Assembly (NCBI GenBank): GCA_951804945.1
Contig: OX638150.1
Span: forward strand, 66,898,001 to 66,962,000
Length of the DNA stretch: 64,000 nt
Reading direction: 5' to 3'
Source: Podarcis cretensis
Lineage: Eukaryota
The notes below the pieces were generated by a model that worked only from the letters and a program-made list of their open reading frames with translations, searched no databases and had not been told where the DNA came from. This document shows, one piece after another, positions 1 through 11,314 of the stretch (position 1 is its first letter; each line of letters opens with the position of its first letter). The position numbers and the translations under genes are program-made.

Positions 1-1591
1 TTTTGCAGAATGGCAATATACAGTGGTTTCTGGGAACATACTAATTGAATAGGTACAAACAGCTTCTTTTCATTTAGAGGCATCGGTTATCATGGGGGAA
101 ATTTACATTTCCTGTGCCAGCCCAACTAAAAGGAACGGAAATTATTCAAAAGCAATAATAGCAAATAATGGCTCCACTGGATTATATCCCATGTGATTAA
201 TGAACTACCGAGAGCATATGAAGCAGAATATTTGTTCAAGTATCTATTTTGCAATCACAGACCATAACCATCTCCAGCTGCATGTACCATTGTTGCTTAT
301 AGATGCCCTTCAAAATGGCCCTGTAATCCACATGGATTCTGATGTATGTTTATTCAGAACAAACTGTGTGTTTGTGTGTGTGCGTGTGTGTGTGTGCATG
401 CATGCACGCACACAGAAATAATGTGATGACAGAATTCAGGTATGCCTGATGTTAATTCTAAGTCCTGTGTACTAAAATCAGCATATGATCTCAATAAATA
501 CATTGCTATGGTTGTGCCCACAAAAAGGCATGTAGTTCATTACTCTAATAATCTAGAGGTTTTCTTTTTTTCAAAAAACCAAGCATATCACCCTTATGAT
601 TATGAAGGTATGCATAAAAGGGTTATCTGCACCTGGTGAAAAAACAGGCTTGTCAAACAAGATTTCCCATTCTCCGCAAGCAGGGTTTATAGAGCAGGTG
701 GGAAACATCTTTGGCTTAACATGCCAGATTGTTATCAGTGTCAGCGTCACAGGCCAAATTTGACAGGGTTGTCACCTATCATTCACATGATGTTATTATA
801 TTCCCACATGATTGACGGATGAGTGGCCAACCACATGTCAAAATACATTGCATGGTTTTGCAAGTCTCCTGCACTCCCATTTCAGCAAAAAGTGTTCTTT
901 GAAGCAGCCTCCCCACCTTCTCCTTTAAACTTCAGGGGAGGTGGAACAGCCCTGTAGTTCACCAGCTCACTCTAATGTTTAAAGGGTAAGGGGTGGCTGT
1001 TTCAAAGAATGCTTTTGCAAATGGCAATCCTACCCCTCCTTCACCTTCCAAGGTGCCAAAGGGAAGAGTGGAAACAGTTTTTTGATCCTCCCAATTGCTT
1101 CTCCTTTGCACCTGATGCTGGAGGTGCAATGCAGGACTTCTTTCTGCTCTCAAGAGACTGGAAGAAGAAATTATGCAAAATAGTAACCATTGCAGATCAA
1201 ATACAAAATAGGAGGAGGCATTTTAGGAGACTCTTTGAAGAAAGTTAAAGTTGGTCCACAAACCCATCTGACCAGAGATGTCATCAAAGCAACTTCATCT
1301 TTGTAAGACTTTGTTACAGGGTGCCCAGAGGTGTTCTGCCCAACAAGTAATGGAATCATGCCTTCTGGTTGTACTGATAATGATCAGATTACTGTATAAA
1401 TATCTTCAATAACTTGTAGTTGTCGGAATAATACTGTTTTTGAAGGTGCTTGCTGAACTTACTATTCATTGCACAATGGCTATTGCATAGGGTACTTCGG
1501 TTTTACCTTTAATTCAAATTGGAAGGAGAAAGGAAACACATTCAGAAAGCATGCCATGAGACAAAGTAATAACATCCTTCTTGGCAGCATA

Positions 1592-1992
1592 ATGTATTTT
1601 CTGCCCTATAGGACGCACTTTTTCCCCTCCAAAAATGAAGGGCAAATGTGTGTGCATCCTATGGGGCGAATGCAGGCTTTCGCTGAAGCGTGGAGAGCGA
1701 GAGGCGTTGGTGTGCACCGACCCCTCTCGCTCTCCAGGCTTCAGAAAGCTATCCGCAAGCCTTGCGTGCCCTCCGGAGGACGCCCTGTGCTTCGCGCAGG
1801 TGTCGGCAAGCCTTGCGCGCCCGGCGGGAGTTGCCGCCGGGTGCGCAAGGCTTGCTGATAGTAGCCTGTTCTGGGGGCTGGGGTCGGGGGAAGCTCGGGC
1901 TGGGGGGGGGAATAATTTTTTTTAATTAATTTCCCCCCAAAAAATGAGGTGCGTCCCATGGGCCAGTGCGCCCTATAGGGCGAAAAATATGG
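1592..1992. mobile_element. Non-autonomous Tc1/mariner-superfamily element (TIR about CCGTATTTTTCGCCCTATAG, TA TSD)
   Basis: Inverted termini atgtattttctgccctatag / ctatagggcgaaaaatatgg flanked by TA. GC-rich internal hairpin at ~1807-1854. Confidence 0.82.
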
Positions 1993-4604
1993 TATTTTCT
2001 CTCTCTAAAATGTTACGGAGAAGATGAATGGAAGAAAGAATAAATGTTCTGTTGTGGAGACAGCTACATTACTTTGGACCATAATATTGCATCATGGTTC
2101 CTGAATGGCTGTATTGGGGGATATTTGGAAACAGCATAGTTAAAAATAATAATCTGGATGCCTCCTTGACTCTGGTGTATTATTTCTATTGATTACTAAG
2201 CTCCATACTTCCAGAAACCACAGGATGCAAGCAGGAGTAGGTGGAATGTACTTTGGTGTAAAATGCATACACAATATTTCACGAAGCCAACTGGTTTAAA
2301 ATGGATGCTTCTGTACACTTCAATAACAACACATTCTTTTTCTGTTTCATGATTGCAATGAAACTGGTTTATCAATATTAAACAATTGGAGATATCCTGT
2401 GGAGGTTGGTTTTGGAACTATATATAACTTTTTACAAGAATGATTTTTTTTTTACAACTCACCATTACATTGCAATCAGATCGAAAAAGACACACTTTGG
2501 AATGACTGAAATTAATACTACAGACAGGGATTCCAGTCTGAACCATTTGACAACTCTAACCACTGTACTCTAAAATCAGTATGAAGAGTGTTATTATTTC
2601 AGGAGAAATCCCAGTGCTAGGTGTAGCAAAATGGACTTCAGAAATACTTGGGCAAAAATAGGAGCTCCTAAAACTCTTTCTTTGATGCTTCAAGCTTCCA
2701 AACTTCATGGCATGTATGAACTGATTGCTATTCATTTCTCTCACTGACTGCACTTGACTTAGGGAGCAATCCTTACTCCTGGCTGGGGAACAGTGAGTCC
2801 AAACAGGGTAGTGGAACCAGGGCTGCGTCTGAAGCCCTGCTGCTTGTGCTGGCCAAGGCAGAAGGTGGGTTGCAGGAGTTCTTTCCTGAAATTCCTGTGC
2901 CAGCTCAAGGCTGACATGTCGCTTAAGTACAGAGCAAGCCATTCTCTGGTTGCTGGACCAATTTAGTATCCTTGTCTAAAGGCAAGTGACAGGTTTTGTA
3001 AATTTCTGCCTGGTCAAGTCTAGGAACCATTTTTATTTTTCGCCAATTTCCAACTGAAATTGCTTCATGAATTATCTGTTGAAATGTTTTGACAGGATCA
3101 GTTTATTATGCATTATAGTTAATTTAGGATACTTTAACTCTAAAGACAGTCAATGCACTGTGTGTGAGAGGTAATAATATTTTAAAATGAGCACTCTTTG
3201 GGGATGATTATTGTTTTCAGTGGTGTATAATTTCATGCATTCATAGCAACCCCAGGAGGTGTTGTTAACAAATGGGTTGCTTTAATGATTTCTGGCTGTT
3301 GGATCATGCATATAATCCCTTCTATCATATGCACACTAGTAATCACAGGACTCCCATGTAAGACATAATGCAAAGCTCATATTCCTACCAACAGACTGGG
3401 AAAGCTTCTGTATTTGGAAACTAAGAAAGCTACTCAATGTGTTAGACAGCATGTTGTGAGCATAACTTGTGTAAGAAATGTGTTAGTCTTTAAGCTGCTA
3501 GAAGACCCTTCATTGTATTTAAGAAGTTGATTATACCTTGACTACTGCATTTGTTCATTTAGGAGCTTTGCTGTGCAAAGAGAACATGAAGTAAAAGCAA
3601 CAACATAAACCCTGGTGTCCAAATTCACAGCCTGCCTTCCCTTTGCTTGTTTGCTAGAGCTAAAATAGAAGTAAATTGAAAACTCAGTAAAAATAAGACT
3701 GCCCTGAGAGAAATGATTCAGTCACTGTATGAGCTGCTGAGAATCAGTTCTATTTTTTATTTACTGTATCTCACCTCACTGTGACCCTGTCCTGTAGGAG
3801 CTCTAATTACATCACTTCACCACCTAGTGAGACGTTATTGAATAGTTTACTCCATAATACCAAGATCTAGCTTTGCCTGGGAAAGGAGACAGAACTGGAG
3901 ATAGCAATGGGTAAAAATAAACAGTGAACACCACACATTTAATAGTTTCTTATCTTGGCAAAGAATCCATTGGACCTAGCTAGTGAAGTGTATTATAATT
4001 TTAAAATCTTATTTTGCTTAAATGTGATTGCCTTGAAAATAGAACCAGGGCAATTGCTTTGCCAGGAAGTGCTTCTGTTTTATTAATCAGCTTGCAATAT
4101 AAATAGATTTGTCGGGCATATAAACTCCTACATGCCACACATGTACCGCTCTATCTCCTTCTTGAATTAAAATAAAATGGTATGAAACCAGTGTAGGGCA
4201 CACACAATATCTGATATGTTACATCTGACTCTGGAGTTGTCACTAAAACAGCCATGCTTTTTACCTAGGCAGACAGAAGGAAGAGACACAGCCAGAGGTG
4301 GCTGAGTAAACACAGCTTTACTGGAGTGGACAGTATCATTTAGGAAACGTAGCCCTAGGAAAAATAGGAAAAACATGGGCTTTCTGAGAAAATAAGTGAG
4401 TGGGAACTACTAGAAAAATATTTTTTAAAAGAGTAGAATAATGTTAAATGTACAAGCGGGGATAAATTTATGAACACAGGTCAAAAAGGGAAAAGGAGGG
4501 GGGATGTCAGTGATGTCAAGGAAAGATGGGGTGGGAAGTCTTACGATAGGAAATGACTAGAGATGTTTTATTGTTGTAACACAATTATTATAATAGATGT
4601 TGTA

Positions 4605-4834
4605 AGGTAAAGGTAAAAGGGGTTAAGTCCAGTCAAAGGTGATTATGGGATGCAGCGCTCATCTCGCTTTTAGGCCAAGGGTCATGTGGCCTGAATAACT
4701 AAACCACTTCTGGCACAATGGGACACTGTAACGAGTGCCAAAGCGCTCCAAAATGCTGTTTACCTTCCCACCACAGCGGTACCTATTTATCTACTTGTGC
4801 TGGTGTGCTTTTGAACTGCTAGGTTGGCACGTCC
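4605..4834 (-). mobile_element. Sauria SINE, internally deleted, with 14-bp TSD
   Basis: (ACCTTT)n tail and core tacctatttatctacttg. Flanked by taatagatgttgta (4591-4604) and taatagatgatgta (4835-4848). Confidence 0.85.
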
Positions 4835-6490
4835 TAATAGATGATGTATTAGATGTTCAGAAGAGTTGATAAAGAAAACTAGAACAACACAGTAAGAAAT
4901 GATTGTATGTAATGAAAAATGCAAAAAAACAAAACGAAAAGCACCATGGACTTTCTGGCAGTCAGTTTTAGGAAACATCTTTTTATAGAGAAAGAATTGG
5001 AAACAGTCTTCTTGCATACCCTGTATTGAAATTGTGCTGGATGGTATCCGACTATTTTCTCTCTGTAATGTAATCCTTGTATATCTGCTATTTTTAAAAT
5101 CAAATCTGTTTCAATGGCCAGTAATGTGTAGCTGTATCACTTCATGAGCTGTTGTGCTGGACTTCAGGGATGCTGCAGAATAGTTGGATATCAGGCATAT
5201 CATATCAACAAAGGTGGTCTGAATGTCTTATTTTTTGACTGAGCAGGTTTCTCACTCTTTGAAGTGCTCACTCTACTTCCACATTGCAATGGGATTCCTA
5301 GGCGTAAGCTAAAAGCTTCAAATCTACACGCACTGAGGAAGCTCTCTAATGAATTCAGCTTTTGAATAGACATTTAGGATTCCACTGAAAGTCTTTTCCA
5401 AAGCATCTGAAATTAGTGCCAGACCACTGAGACCCATTTGCAAAATGGAGAGTATGCCAGGGTCAACTAACAGATCTTTATTTATTCAAGACATTTCTAA
5501 GCTGTTTAATTATTCACATTTCTTAGCAGTGTACATAAAAACCATCTACAGAAAATGAGATAATAAAACAAATTACCAAAAAACCAAATACTACCTTAAA
5601 ATGCCTGCTAGAACAAGAAAGTAGTTTTCATGCACCTGAAGTCCAGCCAGGAAGGTGCCTGTCTAATCTCAGTTGGAAGAGAGTTCTACAGACTTGGGCC
5701 CACTACATTGCCTCTTATACCAGGGGTAGCCAACAATTGTTGGGCTTTAATTCCCATAGTCCTTGTCTATTGGTCGTGCTGGCTAGGGTTGATAGAAGTT
5801 GGAGTTCAGCAACATCTGGCTACCTCTGTCTTACATTACAATCACTCTTTTTGCAATAGTGATATGTTGTTGGTATTCATCTGTCTCGAGAGACAATGGA
5901 GTGTGTGTCGAGGGGTGAATTCAAACTTTTATCTCCGGGCCGCATGAGTGGGCAGTGTGTATGTAGGTCCTAGGCTCCTCTTGACCTCACTGATGTGGTC
6001 CAGAGGAAAGCAGCTTGGCTGCAGGAGTTGCCGGAAGGAGGTTACAAGATGCCATCCAACCATCTTAAGAACTCCACTCCAGTTTTGTGTAGAGTTTACT
6101 GCTAAGCCTTTTCTTCTCCCGAAGATAGCCCACAAGGCAACAGAGGTTTGGGATCAGAGTTTTCCTTCTACATAGGGTATTTTCCCAGGCTGACGAGCCC
6201 CTTCATTATATCCACATACCAACAGTAGTAGTCAAGGAACAAGGCAAATGGTTCTTCCAGATTCTTTTTTTAAAAATCAACTGCCAACATATGTCACAGG
6301 TGATCTATTAATGTTGGACTTGTACTACTAGACCTGGTCAGTACTGAGCAAAGTCTTGGCAGTTGCTACGGAACTCTGTATGCCATCATTTATAGTTGGC
6401 CCACCAAATCATTAATAATACAGTCGGCCACCAAGTTTTCATTAGCCTGATAAACTTGGTGGATTTACAAAAAAAAAAATCAAATCAGAA

Positions 6491-6599
6491 TTGTAGCCAA
6501 TGCAAGCCCTACTCAGAGTAGACATTGAAGTTAATAGACATGACCATCCTAGGTTCATTAATTTTGTTCCTCTACTCTGAGTATAACTTAGTTGGATAC
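6491..6599. mobile_element. Palindromic short repeat (MITE-like) interrupted at its right tip by the copia insertion
   Basis: Inverted arms ttgtagccaa / ttggatac and actcagagtaga / tctactctgagt. A related degenerate copy lies at ~17045-17142. Confidence 0.7.
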
Positions 6600-6915
6600 T
6601 GTTGAAATTGCAGTGTCCCAAGCACAGCGGAATGATGAGGAGTACGTGCCACATACTCTATATTACTTTATTTACACTTCAAAGCTGGTAGATTACAGAA
6701 AAACATCTTGCCTCTGCCGGAGCAGAGAAAGCATCCTCTCTCCTCTAAAGCACGGAGAGAACTAACTCTGAGAACAGTGAAAAACAGGAAACCAGTGTAC
6801 GTCACATCCAGTCTCCTTTCCCGTGAGAAACTCCAACAGCAATTGACTGTGGAATGTAAACACCTGTCTCGTGACAAGCACTTTCGCTGCACAGTGAAGA
6901 GAGCAGAAACCAACA
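6600..6915 (-). repeat. Copia 3' LTR
   Basis: TGTTG...CAACA termini. Minus-strand AATAAA at 6667-6672. Identical to 11315-11630 except at 2 terminal positions. Confidence 0.96.
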
Positions 6916-6929
6916 TCCTCCCCCTTTCT
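6916..6929 (-). promoter_or_regulatory. Copia polypurine tract
   Basis: Minus-strand AGAAAGGGGGAGGA lies immediately before the TG of the 3' LTR. Confidence 0.92.
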
Positions 6930-6962
6930 GTGAACATCACTGGGCAGCGTGTTCGTACAATA

Positions 6963-8072
6963 TCAGTACAAACCCAACTTCTGCACATAGGTACAGTGTT
7001 GATCCCTTGATACAATCTTGGACAATACATCAGCAGGAATTTCATTACCTGGCATATAGGACACTGTTACGAGTCCCTTCTGAATACGTTCCCTAGCATG
7101 TTGCACCTTCAATTGCAAGTGCTTCGTGCTTTGCTTACAACCTTCAGAATTCAGCAAAGCCAAACATGCTTTGTTGTCCTGGTAATCCTTGATTGGACAT
7201 TTGACAGGAATTTTCATGTCTTTGCATAATTGTAACAACCATTCACAATCTTTAAGTGAATAAGACAGTGCATTCAGTTCAGCTTCACAAGTACTTAAGC
7301 TAACTGTTGTTTGCTTCTTGCATGACCAATCAAATAGACCCTGATTGTACATGTAGCAAACTCCAGACGTACTTTTCCTGTCTGTAGTGTCACTTCCAAA
7401 ACTTGCATCTGCAAATATCTCAAGACCACCAGACTTCTGATTGTTAAATCTCAGTCTGTAATGCATAGTGCCTTTCAAATAGCGCGCTATGCGTTTCAGA
7501 GCTTTCCAATCCTTAACAGTAGGATTGTTGACTTGTCTGCTTAGCAAATTACAGCTAACAGCAATGTCTGGTCTTGAACATCTGGCAATGAAGTTTAGCT
7601 TGCCTAGCACACTTCTGTACAGTGTAGTGTCAGAAAATGCTTCTTCAGTGTCATCTACCTGATAACCTGTTGTCATCGGTGTGTCTACAGGGTTAGCATC
7701 CATCAGGTTTAGTTTGCTTAACACATCAGCAATTTTCCGTGACTGGTGTACTAGAATGTTACCATCTTGATCTCTCTCTATTTCAAGAGATAGGTAGTTG
7801 TTTACCTCACCAAGATCTTTCATGTCAAAGTGTTCTTTCAGTTGAGCTAGGGCGTTATTGTACATTGTGACATTATCCCAAAAGAATAAAAGATCATCAA
7901 CATAAAACAAGCAATACAATTTCTTTTGCCCCTCCTCTTTGATAAATACACATGGATCAGCTTTCCCTTGCTGAAAACCTAGAGAAAACAATACCTCAGT
8001 GAGTTTTGTGTGCCAACACCGTGCACTTTGTTTGAGACCATAAAGGGACTTTTTCAGAGCACAAACAAATCC
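6963..8072 (-). CDS. Copia pol C-terminal part (RT catalytic region and RNase H), continuing after the frameshift
   Basis: The alternative frame from ~8072 reads GFVCALKKSLYGLKQSARCWHTKLTEVL and runs into ORF 6963-7991, which has YVDDLL, RPDIA and RNase H motifs FADASF, TCEAE, DNKAC, ADVLSK. Confidence 0.93.
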   Translation of the reverse strand, partial: GFVCALKKSLYGLKQSARCWHTKLTEVLFSLGFQQGKADPCVFIKEEGQKKLYCLFYVDDLLFFWDNVTMYNNALAQLKEHFDMKDLGEVNNYLSLEIERDQDGNILVHQSRKIADVLSKLNLMDANPVDTPMTTGYQVDDTEEAFSDTTLYRSVLGKLNFIARCSRPDIAVSCNLLSRQVNNPTVKDWKALKRIARYLKGTMHYRLRFNNQKSGGLEIFADASFGSDTTDRKSTSGVCYMYNQGLFDWSCKKQTTVSLSTCEAELNALSYSLKDCEWLLQLCKDMKIPVKCPIKDYQDNKACLALLNSEGCKQSTKHLQLKVQHARERIQKGLVTVSYMPGNEIPADVLSKIVSRDQHCTYVQKLGLY

Positions 8073-10995
8073 GTTTTACCTGTACGCCATCAGGTGGAAG
8101 CATATAAAGAGATTCACCTAGAGATCCGTACAGAAAAGCTGTATTCACATCGTGGTGACTAATGTGTAGATTCTCCTCTGCAGCTAGCTTGAGCATAAGC
8201 CTAATGCTCTCATACCTCACTGTGGGTGAGTAGGTCTCGTGATAGTCTTCACCTGGTATCTGTGCAAAACCTCTGGCTACCAATCTGGCTTTGTGTCTAA
8301 CTATCTTGCCATTTTGATCAGTCTTCGCTTTGAAGACCCATTTGCTTCCAAGCAGTTTCATTCCTGGAACTACTGGAACAAGTTCCCATGTTTTGTTCCT
8401 TTCTAAGGAATCAAGCTCAGCCTTCATGGCATTTAACCATGGCTCAGCTTCCTTTGAATCCAAATCCTGGATTTCTTGGAAACTTGAAGGTTCAAATACC
8501 TTCTTGGAGCTTTTAACAGCTGTTACTGCTATCTTAGCAAACTCATCAGCAAATCTCTTTGGAGGTCTGCCTTTCGTGGCTCTTTGTGACCTGCGAATTA
8601 GCCTTAGGTCTTCAACACTCTCCTCTTCCTTCTTAGGAGAAAAGTGACCTATTGTGAACAATGGTTCCTCCAATTCTTGATCAGAGCTTTCAGAGGGTCG
8701 CATAGAGGCTTTCGCACTCTTGAAATCCTCTGAATCACTCGATTCAGTTTCAGACTCAGAATCAGAATCAGAACCTTCATCAGTGGGTGTGGGTTGCTGT
8801 GGCTGCTTTTGACTATCCTCAGTCTCATCACTGTCATCAGGATAACATTGGAAAATTCCCACATTCTCCCCCCACTTGGCATTGTACTCAACACTTCTTG
8901 TGAGCTTAATTGTTTTAGAGTCAGTCATCATTATTCTGTAAGACCCTTTCTGATAACCTAGAAAGATACCATGCAAACCACGCTTGTCTAACTTGGAGTT
9001 TTGTGGTGTGTGAACCCACATGTCAGAACCAAAAATTTTCATGTGTTTGACGTATGGCTTCTTGCCAAACATCTTCTCATAGGGGGTACAACCAATCGCT
9101 GAAGATAACCTGCGATTATAACTGTAAGTAAAACACGAGAGAGCTTCGGCCCAATAACTCTCTGGAAGATTGGCATCATGCAGCAAGGTTTTTAAACCTT
9201 GAAGCAATGTTTGATTTGCCCTCTCGCAAAGTCCATTCTGCCATGGCGAGCGAGGACTAGACAAATCGTGTTGAATTCCTTTCTCAGACAGAAAAGCTTC
9301 AAACTGCTGAGAAGTGAATTCCCCCCCGCGATCAGTGAAAAGAATTTTTATCTTCTTACCATGCACATTTTCCAACCAAGCACAGAATTCCTTGAACCTT
9401 GGAAAAGCCTCTGATTTCTGCTTGAGATTGTACACATAAATATATCTGGAAAATGCATCAATGAGAACCATGAAGTACCTGTTTCCACCCAAAGAGGGCG
9501 CTAGTGGTCCAACCAAATCAGCATGAACAACCTGGTATGGTTCTGTAGCTTGCCTACTAGACACCTTACCTTTCGCAGCCATTTTCACCTTGTTTGCTGC
9601 GCATGCCTTGCACTTCATGTGGTACCTGCAGGGTTTAATAGTCATACCTTCAACCAAGGCAGGCATTTTAGATACTGCCTCAAAATTCAAATGACCAAAT
9701 TTTCGATGAAAATCGTGAATACATTCTGCATGCAAACTTTTGTTAGAACCTGCAATGCAACAAGTGTCATCCTGCACAATATCATCATAATACAAAACAT
9801 ACAAACGATCAACATATTCAGCATGCAATACATAATCATTTTTCTTTGTGATGATGCACTTTTTGTTCTTAAAGGAAACGTCAATTTTCCGCTCATTCAG
9901 CTGTCCAACGCTGAGCAGATTATGTTTGGCATCTGGTACGTAAAGCACATCCTGTATCGATAAGTCCAAACTGTGAAGAACAACAGTTCCGTAGCCTTTA
10001 CTGGGGATTGTGTGGTCATCCGCCTGGTGAATCGCACCTTCCTGCGGTGTAAAAGACACGAACAGTCGCTTATCGTTGCACATGTGGTGCGTTGCAGCCG
10101 AATCAACAACGAAGAAAGATCTAGACGTCTTCTGGACATCTGCAACCTCTGGAGTGAAACGTGAGACCATTGCCTTGTGCTGCGTTGTCCTGGACACCAG
10201 ACCTTTGCCTTTGCTCTGGCCTCTTCCACGCGATGAGCTTCCGCTGCGCTGCTCTGTCTTGGCCCTGGAATATTTGCATTCCCTCTTCATATGGCCTAGA
10301 CGTCCACACGAGTAGCATTTCACTGCCTTCAAAGCTTTGGCGCCATCTGGTGGTTCCACTGCACTCTGGGATGACGTCTGTGAAGAATCCCCCTTGCCCA
10401 TGCAGCTAGCACCCCGGCGGTCTGCTTCATTCAGAATCACGGCAGTAACATAGTCCACTGTCAGTTGAGCAGTTGGCTGTACAGCAATCTGAGTGGCAAC
10501 AGACTCCCAACCTGAACCCAAAGATTGTAGTATCATGAAGGAATACACAGCCTCTGGAAAGTTGAGTCCTCTCTGTTGCAGCTCATGTCTCAGATTCTGC
10601 ATCTCCATCAGATGTGTACGCACATCTCCACCTTCAGCAAGAGCCATATTATGCAGCTTGGTAAAGTAAAACATAGTGGATCCAGCTTCTGTCCTCAAGT
10701 GAGCCTCTCTCAAAGCGTCCCAAATTTGTCTGGCTGAGGTCTTATCACGCAATAGACAGAGCTCTTCTGGGGATACTATCAATGTAAGAGTTCCCCTTGC
10801 TTTGGAATCTTTAGCTTCCCATGCATCTGTAACTGGAGCTGGGGGGGTGTCTGTAATTACTTCAAACAGACCCTCTTTCCGCAGAATAGCCTCTGCATAG
10901 AGAACCCAGTCCGCATAGTTTTTCTTATTGAGCTTAGGAATCCCACAAGCATCCTGAAGGGCCATCATGACTCTGGCATTAGCCTTCTGCGTCAT
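7996..10995 (-). CDS. Copia gag-pol polyprotein, N-terminal part (Gag, protease, integrase, start of RT); frameshifted near 8072-8077
   Basis: CCHC knuckle CYSCGRLGHMKREC; protease VDSAATHHM; HHCC motif (HRKFGH...CKAC); integrase DDE (HADLVGP, TDRGGEF, NGLCER); copia GIFLGY..KGSYR; RT motifs KARLVARG and HHDVNTAFLYG. Confidence 0.95.
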   Translation of the reverse strand: MTQKANARVMMALQDACGIPKLNKKNYADWVLYAEAILRKEGLFEVITDTPPAPVTDAWEAKDSKARGTLTLIVSPEELCLLRDKTSARQIWDALREAHLRTEAGSTMFYFTKLHNMALAEGGDVRTHLMEMQNLRHELQQRGLNFPEAVYSFMILQSLGSGWESVATQIAVQPTAQLTVDYVTAVILNEADRRGASCMGKGDSSQTSSQSAVEPPDGAKALKAVKCYSCGRLGHMKRECKYSRAKTEQRSGSSSRGRGQSKGKGLVSRTTQHKAMVSRFTPEVADVQKTSRSFFVVDSAATHHMCNDKRLFVSFTPQEGAIHQADDHTIPSKGYGTVVLHSLDLSIQDVLYVPDAKHNLLSVGQLNERKIDVSFKNKKCIITKKNDYVLHAEYVDRLYVLYYDDIVQDDTCCIAGSNKSLHAECIHDFHRKFGHLNFEAVSKMPALVEGMTIKPCRYHMKCKACAANKVKMAAKGKVSSRQATEPYQVVHADLVGPLAPSLGGNRYFMVLIDAFSRYIYVYNLKQKSEAFPRFKEFCAWLENVHGKKIKILFTDRGGEFTSQQFEAFLSEKGIQHDLSSPRSPWQNGLCERANQTLLQGLKTLLHDANLPESYWAEALSCFTYSYNRRLSSAIGCTPYEKMFGKKPYVKHMKIFGSDMWVHTPQNSKLDKRGLHGIFLGYQKGSYRIMMTDSKTIKLTRSVEYNAKWGENVGIFQCYPDDSDETEDSQKQPQQPTPTDEGSDSDSESETESSDSEDFKSAKASMRPSESSDQELEEPLFTIGHFSPKKEEESVEDLRLIRRSQRATKGRPPKRFADEFAKIAVTAVKSSKKVFEPSSFQEIQDLDSKEAEPWLNAMKAELDSLERNKTWELVPVVPGMKLLGSKWVFKAKTDQNGKIVRHKARLVARGFAQIPGEDYHETYSPTVRYESIRLMLKLAAEENLHISHHDVNTAFLYGSLGESLYMLPPDGVQVKRICLCSEKVPLWSQTKCTVLAHKTH

Positions 10996-11294
10996 CTCTG
11001 CTGCTTTAAATCATGCTGCGTCACTGCTGCAGCTGCTTTATTCCAAAAGCACTTTTAAAAGTTACTTTCGGTTTCCCCAGCATAGGAGCTTGTTCCTTTG
11101 AGCCTTTGCCTGTGCCCGGCAAAATGGCCATAAAAGTTCAGAGTCCAGCCATAAAGCCATTAATTAGAAGCTGGCAGGCTGCCTGGAGCATGAGCACATA
11201 CCTCATCAATCATCTTTACGCGCAGAGCAGATACCGTCCGATCCGTCCCTCTGCATTCCGATCCTTTTGCCAGCATTCAGATGACTGCGTCTTT

Positions 11295-11309
11295 CTGGGC
11301 CCGATAACC
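11295..11309 (-). promoter_or_regulatory. Copia primer-binding site complementary to the anticodon arm of tRNA-iMet (half-tRNA priming type)
   Basis: Minus strand reads GGTTATCGGGCCCAG. The Drosophila copia-type PBS is GGTTATGGGCCCAG, so there is one extra base. Confidence 0.8.
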
Positions 11310-11314
11310 AGGAA

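Noticed and set aside
1469-1959. GC/CpG-rich cluster of ORFs suggesting a CpG-island exon
   Set aside because: It lies inside a TIR-bounded non-autonomous DNA transposon.
10996-11294. Hammerhead ribozyme in the copia leader or the Ngaro repeats
   Set aside because: No CUGANGA...GAAA core with closing stems was found. The closest match (TTGATGAG) lacks the conserved C.
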